A DNA stretch of 13,483 nucleotides from Nitrospinota bacterium (lineage in GTDB: Bacteria > UBA8248): positions 1-13,483 of the forward strand of contig JAYGFR010000166.1 of assembly GCA_046581755.1 (NCBI GenBank), read 5' to 3'. Under the pieces are notes generated by a model that ran no database searches, was not told the DNA's origin, and worked only from the letters and a program-made list of their open reading frames with translations. Positions 7,406-13,483 of the stretch are shown one piece after another. Every line of letters begins with the position of its first letter. Positions within the stretch are counted from its first letter, which is position 1. A program made the translations under genes and the position numbers.

Positions 7406-8677
7406 TCAATCGGGGATATATGCGGCCAGGGACGCCAATATCCGGCATCCCGGAACCGGCATCGGTCCGCTTACCTCGGCGCTCAAGTTAACGGGCGCCC
7501 CGCCGGGGAACGATTCTTCCCAGACCTCGAAGGAGCCGTGCAAATCCGCCATATCGAGAAAGACCGTCTGGCTCCTCACCACATCGGCAAGGCTTCCCCC
7601 TGCCTCCCGGCAGATGGCGTCCGCATTCTTGAGGAGATAGCGGGTCTGTAACTTAATGGGCGAGCCGTACCAGGGAAGGGACGGATTGACTCTGGCCTCC
7701 CTTGCAAGACCGCCCTCGTCGGCGGCCATCTGGGTCGAGAGCCAAAGGTATGGCCCGGTCTTGACGGCGTGCGGCTCATGAAAGAGAGGCTTCGGCACGG
7801 AATCCGACATGATGGTTTGCCGCTTGAGACCACCGTCCAGCCGGAGGGAGATGGAGCTTATTTCTATACGCGAGCCGAGAATTGCCAGCTCATCACAGGG
7901 GATGATGACTCTGGCGGGGGGGTCGTCGGGGAAATACGACTCCCAGACGTAGTCGAAAGCGGGCAGATCCTCCATGTGGGAGAGATATACCGACACCTGG
8001 ACGATATCCTTGAGCGACATTCCCAACTCACCCAGAATCTTCTCCTTGGTGTTGACGATATATTCCGTCTGCCGCTTGATCGCGGATTGATGCCAGAAAA
8101 TGGGATCGACCCGGGCATCGGGATGGATGCCCGTCTCGTAGTCGGTGGCGATCATCCCCGGCATCAGGACAAACGGCCCAGCCGATTGGGCCGCTGGATA
8201 CCCCGTGAGGGACCCGGGCACAAAATCCATGTCGTGGGTTTCCTTGGTCCACGGCGAGCGGGGATTCAGCGCAAAACCGTCGCAGGCGATTAGGGCACCC
8301 GGAACCTCCAGGGCTTTCGCGCACACCCGCGTGCTTGTCGGATGCCCTTTTGTCATCACGCTTTGCCGGGCCGATGAATACCACGGTGCCTGATCGCGGC
8401 CGATGATGAATTGCTCGATCCGTACCAGATCCTCGAATCCCACGCCGCCGCTCTCGAGCACCTTCTCCATCCGCTGGAGCATGTAGCGCGTTTGCCTGAC
8501 CATGGAGGGCGGGCCGCAAAGGGATACCGCGTCGGGCACCACTGTTTCAGGGGCGAGGCCAGCGGCGTAATCCGTCGGCATCTGGCCGGAGAAGAATACG
8601 AAATGTTCCGTTTCGATGGCCTCGGACTGGGCCTTCACCGGGGCGGGGCAGTTTTGGGGAACAATGGTGCGTCTCAT
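7406..8677 (-). CDS. Triple tandem Rid (RidA/YjgF) domain protein, 423 aa
   Basis: The start is reassigned to the ATG at 8677 (GAGGTG RBS). Three repeats of about 140 aa each show the Rid pattern: FVFFSGQM/FVLMPGMI/YLWLSTQM, RQTRY/RQTEY/LQTRY, FEDLV/LKDIV/LADVV and PTSTRV/PARVII/PVNLSA. Confidence 0.88.
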   Translation of the reverse strand: MRRTIVPQNCPAPVKAQSEAIETEHFVFFSGQMPTDYAAGLAPETVVPDAVSLCGPPSMVRQTRYMLQRMEKVLESGGVGFEDLVRIEQFIIGRDQAPWYSSARQSVMTKGHPTSTRVCAKALEVPGALIACDGFALNPRSPWTKETHDMDFVPGSLTGYPAAQSAGPFVLMPGMIATDYETGIHPDARVDPIFWHQSAIKRQTEYIVNTKEKILGELGMSLKDIVQVSVYLSHMEDLPAFDYVWESYFPDDPPARVIIPCDELAILGSRIEISSISLRLDGGLKRQTIMSDSVPKPLFHEPHAVKTGPYLWLSTQMAADEGGLAREARVNPSLPWYGSPIKLQTRYLLKNADAICREAGGSLADVVRSQTVFLDMADLHGSFEVWEESFPGGAPVNLSAEVSGPMPVPGCRILASLAAYIPD

Positions 8678-8772
8678 GAATATCACCTCAAAATAAGAGG
8701 GCCCCTTCCACAAAAGGAAAGGAATCCACTGTGGCCTATGGAGAATGCTTTTCAATATACCATAGCCGGTCA

Positions 8773-8802
8773 TCGACAAAGGAGAGCCCCGGAAGGTAGA
8801 AT
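8773..8802 (+). promoter_or_regulatory. Candidate sigma70 promoter for the YciI-like and Rid genes
   Basis: TCGACA (8773-8778), an 18-nt spacer and TAGAAT (8797-8802), 46 nt upstream of the ATG at 8849. Confidence 0.45.
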
Positions 8803-8848
8803 TGTTTTTATCGTGTCCAAAAATAAATTTGTGGCCAGAGAGAAGGCT

Positions 8849-9196
8849 ATGCCCCTTTTTCGCGTACACGGAAAACCGGCGAAAGACGCGAGCAAGGATG
8901 ACCTGCGGGCGCTTCGCAACGAACATCTCCTGTACCACAATCAACTTGTGGCCGAGGGGAAAATGTTCGGTGCCGGGCAACTCGGCCATGATCAAGGGAT
9001 GTTCATTCTCATCTGCCAGGACGAATCCGAGGCACATGCAATAGTCGACAAGGATCCATACCTAAGGGAAAAGCTTCGCGACTACGAGATTCTCCCCTGG
9101 CGGCTCAACATGAGTTGCGTTGTAGACGTTGAAACCCGGGCCTCTCTGAACGGAGACGATCCCTCGAATCCGCGCTATCAGCCGCCCAAGAGTTGA
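8849..9196 (+). CDS. YciI-like protein (dimeric alpha/beta barrel, muconolactone isomerase-like)
   Basis: The start is reassigned to the ATG at 8849 (115 aa). It shows LRNEHLLY (R-x-x-H), GKMFGAGQL, GMFIL...SEAHAIVDKDPY (DP motif) and YEILPW. Confidence 0.8.
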   Translation: MPLFRVHGKPAKDASKDDLRALRNEHLLYHNQLVAEGKMFGAGQLGHDQGMFILICQDESEAHAIVDKDPYLREKLRDYEILPWRLNMSCVVDVETRASLNGDDPSNPRYQPPKS

Positions 9197-9245
9197 GCAG
9201 AGAAGCTCTTTCCCATCTCCTAAATTTTTAAAATGGAGTCCACGC

Positions 9246-9680
9246 ATGATTGAGCGCCACAACGTCATTCCCGAAAATATGTACAATCGCGCCGTCCGCG
9301 GACAATATATGTACTCTCCCCTGGTCGTCGTCCGCACAGGGGATCACGCCCACATCTACGTCGCGGGCCATACCTCCATTCTGCCGAACGGTGATATCGG
9401 GGGCGTGGGTGATATGCGCGAGCAGATTCGCATCGTTTGCGAGAAAATCCAGCAGGCGCTTGGAACTGTCGGAGCTACGTTGGACGACGTTGTGCGAACG
9501 ATCAGCTACACGCTGGATATCGAGGAATATTACCACGTGGTGGATGAGCGGTATAAATACTTCAACAACCAACTCCCTACGAACACCCTGCTTGGCGTGA
9601 GCCGGCTCGCCCATCCGGATATGGTGGTCGAGATCGAAGCAGAAGCCATCATCGATTCCGAAAGGGTAAAGATTCCTTGA
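9246..9680 (+). CDS. Rid (RidA/YjgF) family protein, Arg-less type
   Basis: YSPLVV, IYVAGHT, GDMREQIRIVCEKIQQALGTVGATLDDVV and PTNTLLGVSRLAHPDMVVEIEAEA. A GGAG RBS lies upstream. Confidence 0.92.
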   Translation: MIERHNVIPENMYNRAVRGQYMYSPLVVVRTGDHAHIYVAGHTSILPNGDIGGVGDMREQIRIVCEKIQQALGTVGATLDDVVRTISYTLDIEEYYHVVDERYKYFNNQLPTNTLLGVSRLAHPDMVVEIEAEAIIDSERVKIP

Positions 9681-9684
9681 AATG

Positions 9685-9710
9685 AAAAAGGGCCGAACCG
9701 CACCGGCGCT
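9685..9710 (-). terminator. Possible intrinsic terminator between convergent Rid genes
   Basis: The minus strand reads AGCGCCGG-TGCGGT-TCGGCCCT followed by TTTT, directly after the stop at 9710. The stem is short and imperfect. Confidence 0.35.
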
Positions 9711-10102
9711 TACTCGGGCGTCTCGGCGACGCACTCGACCTCAACCAACCAATCGGGATCGATAAGACGGGAAACCTGGACATGCGTGCTGGCTGGGCGA
9801 TGCTCACCGAACATTTCAAGGCGCACCTCGTTCATCGCTTTTCTGTTGTTCAAATCCACGCTGAAAACCGTGACCTTGATGACATTTTCCAGTCCCGCCC
9901 CGGCCTCGGCGAGAATAGTCTGGATATTCGTCAATACCTGGCGCATCTGGGCAGCCGGATCTCCCCTCCCCACCAGATTCCCCTCCCCATCGACCGAAAC
10001 ACATCCGCTCAGGAAGATGAGCGAGCCTCCCGTCACCTGAATCGCCTGGGTATAGACGCCCAGAGATTTGATTTTGGGAGAATTGATTTTTTTTGCTGTC
10101 AT
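9710..10102 (-). CDS. Rid (RidA/YjgF) family protein, Arg-less type
   Basis: GVYTQAI, LIFLSGCV, GDPAAQMRQVLTNIQTILAEAGAGLENVIKVTVF and RPASTHVQVSRLIDPDWLVEVECVA. An AGGAG RBS lies upstream. Confidence 0.93.
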   Translation of the reverse strand: MTAKKINSPKIKSLGVYTQAIQVTGGSLIFLSGCVSVDGEGNLVGRGDPAAQMRQVLTNIQTILAEAGAGLENVIKVTVFSVDLNNRKAMNEVRLEMFGEHRPASTHVQVSRLIDPDWLVEVECVAETPE

Positions 10103-10254
10103 CCGTTTTCTCCTGCGTGGGGTTTCCCTCGAAACAACGCCGGTCCAAGGTCAATATAGGTCCCGGAAAAATATTCGTTATTCAAGGTATTGCAAAAGCG
10201 ATGCATTAAAATTCGTGGTTATTTAAATGATGCATTAGACAACAAAGGATAGAA

Positions 10255-11181
10255 ATGCCGGACGGAGCCCGTCTCACACAACTAGCCTGGGGCGTCTACG
10301 CTTTCATCGCTGCCGGAGGCGACTCGAATGCCGGAGCGATTCTGACATCCGAGGGGCTTTTGGTGATCGACGCCCAGCAACATGCGACTCTTGGGCGGCA
10401 ATTTCGCCGCGCCCTAGCCCGCGAAACCGGAAAGCCGGTCGAATGGCTCATCTTCACACACTACCACCTTGACCACACCGGCGGGAGCCCGGTATTCGCC
10501 GAGGAAGCACCGGTGCTGGCACAAGAAAGAACCCGCGACAAGCTTTGCGCAATCCTCGGTCCGGGCAAGGAAAATCCTCGAAACGTCACGGACTTTGACA
10601 CGAAGATCCGCCTCCTTTTTGGTCCAAACATTGGCAGTCTCATTCCGCCTAACGACCCGGGATGGGCCTGGTTTAAGAAGCGCATCGCTTCGCCGGAATA
10701 CGAAACCGTGTCGGTGGCGCTGCCTACCCGCACGTTTACCCAGCGGCATACGTTTGATCTTCCCGGCCGGACCGTTGTTCTCGAATACGTAGGGCCCGCC
10801 CATTGCGAAGGCAACATCATCGTCTTCCTTCCCGAGAACCGAATTGTCTTCGTAGCCGACCTGCTCTTTGTGGGCCGCTTTCCCTGGCTTGGAGACGGCG
10901 ACATCGAGGGATGGATTCGGGCGCTCGACTGGGTAGCGGAGCTTGAAGTGGAACAGGTGGTTCCGGGCCACGGACCTCCCGTGACGCTGAAAGAGGTGGG
11001 TGAGTTCCGGGACATGCTTTTTGCCCTGCATGAAGCAGTAGCGGAGGCGGCAGCGTCGGGCATAGATGAAGATCAGGCAGCGGCGACGGTTCGCCTTCCC
11101 GCCTACGAGTCGCTTCCCCGCTACCGGGAATGGATGCCCTGGAACGTGCGAAACTTGTTCCGGGCACTCGGTGCCGAATAG
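10255..11181 (+). CDS. MBL-fold metallohydrolase (cyclase/glyoxalase II-like group)
   Basis: SNAG..LVIDAQ, the HxHxDH motif THYHLDHTGG, and downstream ligands AHCEG, ADLL and VPGHG. No signal peptide. Confidence 0.92.
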   Translation: MPDGARLTQLAWGVYAFIAAGGDSNAGAILTSEGLLVIDAQQHATLGRQFRRALARETGKPVEWLIFTHYHLDHTGGSPVFAEEAPVLAQERTRDKLCAILGPGKENPRNVTDFDTKIRLLFGPNIGSLIPPNDPGWAWFKKRIASPEYETVSVALPTRTFTQRHTFDLPGRTVVLEYVGPAHCEGNIIVFLPENRIVFVADLLFVGRFPWLGDGDIEGWIRALDWVAELEVEQVVPGHGPPVTLKEVGEFRDMLFALHEAVAEAAASGIDEDQAAATVRLPAYESLPRYREWMPWNVRNLFRALGAE

Positions 11182-11225
11182 ATTTTTTGAACTGTCGTTT
11201 CATGAAAGAGATCTAGGAGGAAATC

Positions 11226-12374
11226 ATGGTGAAAAATGTTTCATGGATAGAAAACAAAGGGTTCCGGCAGCTCGCTCGGATGGAGCTTCCAGGAGCCGGC
11301 CAAGTGGTGGTCGATGGAAACTACGCATACCTCGCCAACATGAAACCGCCTCTGGGCACCACCATCCTCGACATCTCCGATCCGAAAGACCCGAAGATTG
11401 TCTCCCAGATCGAAATCCCTCTCAACGTTCATTCTCACAAGGTGAATGTTTCGGGGGACATCATGCTTGTGAATCATGAAAAATACCGCTCCTACGAGGG
11501 GTCCGAAGTCTCCCGGGGGGGACTGAAAATTTTCGACATCTCCAACAAGGCCAACCCACGCGAGATTTCATTCGTCGAGGCCGGCGAGTGGGGATACCAC
11601 CGATTCACCTTCGACGGACGCTACTGCTACGGCTCCCCGTGTCCCGAGGGTTATGAGGGCAACATCGTGGGGATTCTCGACCTCAAAAACCCCGAAAAAC
11701 CCGAATACGCCTCGATGTGGTGGGCGCCCGGGCAGTGGGTGGGCGGCGGAGAGGAGCCCCGTCCGGAGGGCAGGCGGTGCCGGTGCCACCATCCCATTCG
11801 CCTTGGCGATCGACTCTATGCCGGCTGGTGGCTTGACGGCTGGTACATCCTGGATATCAGCGATTTATCGAAACCCGAATTCGTCAAGCACATCAAATGG
11901 CAACCCCCATACGCCCGCCCGACACACACCACACTCCCAATTCCGTTCGACATCAAGGGGCGGAAGATTCTGCTCGTGAGCGACGAGGAGGCACGCGATC
12001 AATATGCCCCGGTTCCGAATGGATTTATCTGGTTGGTGGATATCACCGAGGAAACAAACCCCGTTCCCATCTCGACATACCGGGCCCGGAAGGACGATGA
12101 ACCTTTCGATCCCGACTGCTGGTACGGCTGCCATCAGCCGCAGGAGCAGATCTACGGGGAGCAAACACACTTTGCGGTGACGTGGTTTGCCGGGGGCCTC
12201 CGCATGATTGACATTGCCGACCCCTGGCGAGTGGAAGAACTCGGCTACTATATCCCTGAACCGGGAAAAGGATTTGACATCACTCAGACCAACGACGTCT
12301 ACCAGACGCCTGACGGCCTTTACTACATCACGGACAGGCTCGGTGGTTTTGAGATTCTAGAATGGATAGGTTGA
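11226..12374 (+). CDS. LVIVD-repeat (beta-propeller) protein, cytoplasmic, His-rich
   Basis: Repeats TTILDISDPKDP, LKIFDISNKANP, GILDLKNPEKP, YILDISDLSKP, WLVDITEETNP and LRMIDIADP. An AGGAGG RBS lies upstream; no signal peptide. Confidence 0.88.
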   Translation: MVKNVSWIENKGFRQLARMELPGAGQVVVDGNYAYLANMKPPLGTTILDISDPKDPKIVSQIEIPLNVHSHKVNVSGDIMLVNHEKYRSYEGSEVSRGGLKIFDISNKANPREISFVEAGEWGYHRFTFDGRYCYGSPCPEGYEGNIVGILDLKNPEKPEYASMWWAPGQWVGGGEEPRPEGRRCRCHHPIRLGDRLYAGWWLDGWYILDISDLSKPEFVKHIKWQPPYARPTHTTLPIPFDIKGRKILLVSDEEARDQYAPVPNGFIWLVDITEETNPVPISTYRARKDDEPFDPDCWYGCHQPQEQIYGEQTHFAVTWFAGGLRMIDIADPWRVEELGYYIPEPGKGFDITQTNDVYQTPDGLYYITDRLGGFEILEWIG

Positions 12375-12398
12375 TGATGTTTTTCAAAACCTTACGGC

Positions 12399-12527
12399 TG
12401 TGCTCCACAATAATTGGATCCTCCAAAATTTCAATGCTTTTATCATCTGAAAAATTCCATTCAGATAGAAACTTAAGATTCGATAGTGTATTTGGACAGG
12501 AGGGAGATTCAATTTTTGTGGAGCACA
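12399..12527. repeat. 129-bp segment bounded by 22-bp imperfect inverted repeats (MITE-like or structured RNA)
   Basis: 12399-12420 TGTGCTCCACAATAATTGGATC versus the reverse complement of 12506-12527 TGTGCTCCACAAAAATTGAATC: 20/22 identical, with the outer 12 bp perfect. Confidence 0.6.
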
Positions 12528-12686
12528 ACGCAAATTAGCAATTCGCCATGCACAGGCGCCTGGGGACAAATTCACTCCCACCGGAGGCCAAAATGTTGAA
12601 AAAAGGACTTAAAACTCGTTCGGTTTTTTGGACAGGACAGGAGGGAATATCATGAATTCATCTGGAAATTTCGAGATTAAGCGAGT

Positions 12687-13376
12687 CTACTCTTCCGGCG
12701 GGGTGAGAGCCACCTCCGCCGTCTCGCCCATGATGACGTTGTCGGGCAGCAGGGTTGGCGGCTCGCTCGAGGCCATGTGTTTAAAAAAAGTGGCGGCCGC
12801 GCGCTTGTGGCGCTCGACGACGGCGTCGGGCATGTCCGGCGAGCTGCCGCGTCGCTTAAGGACCGGCCCCTCCGTCGTCGCGAGATCGTGCACGCCGTCG
12901 AAGTCGGGCACCGGCCTCCCGGTCCGCTCGCCCTGCTCGCGGTCCACGGTGCAATCGGCGACGATCCATCTACCGTTCAGGTAGACCTCGCCCGCCGAGT
13001 GCCAAGGTTGAGGGCGCGTTCCGTACATTTTGCGCATCTTCTCGGGCAGGAAGGGCTTGTCGGGACAATCGACGATCTCGAACCCGATGCGGGCCGGAAT
13101 ATCCGCCGCCCGGCACAGGGCGGCGAAAGCGGTCGCCTTGTGCATACAAAATCCCCGGCCTTCGCGGATGAAATCCGAGGCCTTGCCTTTTCCGTCGAGG
13201 AGCATCTGAAAACCGCCGGCAATGTCGAAGGTCAAGTCCCGGACATAGGCGTGGATGAGAATGGCTTTCTCGGCGTCGCTTGCGCAGCCCTCGGTGAGCT
13301 CGCGGGCTTTTTCCGCGACCAGCGGCGAGTCGGAGTCCGCGTATTTTCCGGGCTTCAGGTACGCGTCCATGTTCAC
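12687..13376 (-). CDS. Transglutaminase-like domain protein (Cys-His-Asp putative cysteine protease)
   Basis: YLKPGKYADSDSP, IHAYVRD, GFCMHKA (Cys), ALCRAADIPARIGF, WHSAGEVYLNGRW (His) and ADCT (Asp). GAGGAG lies 6 nt before the GTG at 13376; the ATG at 13370 is an alternative start. Confidence 0.9.
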   Translation of the reverse strand: MNMDAYLKPGKYADSDSPLVAEKARELTEGCASDAEKAILIHAYVRDLTFDIAGGFQMLLDGKGKASDFIREGRGFCMHKATAFAALCRAADIPARIGFEIVDCPDKPFLPEKMRKMYGTRPQPWHSAGEVYLNGRWIVADCTVDREQGERTGRPVPDFDGVHDLATTEGPVLKRRGSSPDMPDAVVERHKRAAATFFKHMASSEPPTLLPDNVIMGETAEVALTPPEE

Positions 13377-13483
13377 GGGTTTCTCCTCAAAAAATATGCC
13401 AGCACTGAAAAGGCCCGGGAATTTTCCCCGGCTATCCGCCCGCCTCGATGAGGGCGGGAAGAATTTCCTCGCCGGCAAGGCGG

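Noticed and set aside
7406..8677. Calling the three-repeat protein a cyanuric acid hydrolase or barbiturase (AtzD family)
   Set aside because: The repeats retain plain Rid sequence motifs, and I see no AtzD-type Ser-Lys repeat signatures. The resemblance is architectural only.
8678..9037. 120-aa N-terminal extension of the triple-Rid ORF, and the 8411 start of the YciI ORF
   Set aside because: Each extension overlaps the real gene on the opposite strand. The RBS-supported starts at 8677 and 8849 coincide with the domain boundaries.
10255..11181. Calling the MBL-fold protein a beta-lactamase resistance gene
   Set aside because: It has no signal peptide, it has an HxHxDH plus Asp ligand set, and its metabolic context fits a cytoplasmic hydrolase.
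12328..12581. Short minus-strand ORFs (66 and 65 aa) in the AT-rich spacer
   Set aside because: They have no clear RBS or recognisable domain, one overlaps the LVIVD 3' end, and the region is better explained by its repeats.
13377..13483. N-terminal extension of the transglutaminase-like ORF and nearby GC-rich imperfect hairpins
   Set aside because: The RBS at about 13383-13388 places the start at 13376 or 13370. The hairpins are imperfect and lie at the window edge, so no function can be supported.
1..13483. CRISPR array, tRNA/rRNA or anti-phage defence system
   Set aside because: No regularly spaced repeats, RNA-gene signatures, or nuclease/NTPase defence domains were recognised.

Overview
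Bacterial window (13.5 kb) holding an apparent catabolic gene neighbourhood. At the left edge is the 3' part of an integrase-core (DDE) transposase with a probable element end near 651. A minus-strand block follows, in transcription order: a three-domain Rid (RidA/YjgF) fusion, a Rid protein, a NitT/TauT-type ABC binding protein and ATPase, a decayed M20 hydrolase, the ABC permease, a Rid protein with a His-rich loop and an intact M20 hydrolase. To the right are a YciI-like protein, two more Rid genes, an MBL-fold hydrolase, a His-rich LVIVD-repeat protein, an AT-rich spacer with inverted and direct repeats, and a transglutaminase-like gene. Three points stand out. (i) There are seven Rid domains in five genes within about 8 kb, and only one keeps the canonical catalytic Arg. 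(ii) One gene encodes a single-chain Rid pseudo-trimer. (iii) Both M20 proteins have a non-canonical active site (NMK, GE[IV]E..PVD.[YF]QG, no C-terminal His ligand) that resembles the aromatic-amine aminohydrolase NaaA rather than ArgE/DapE. Together these suggest an undescribed uptake and hydrolytic deamination pathway, but the substrate cannot be read from the sequence. No regulator, rRNA, tRNA or CRISPR array was seen. All family calls come from motif recognition, not database searches.
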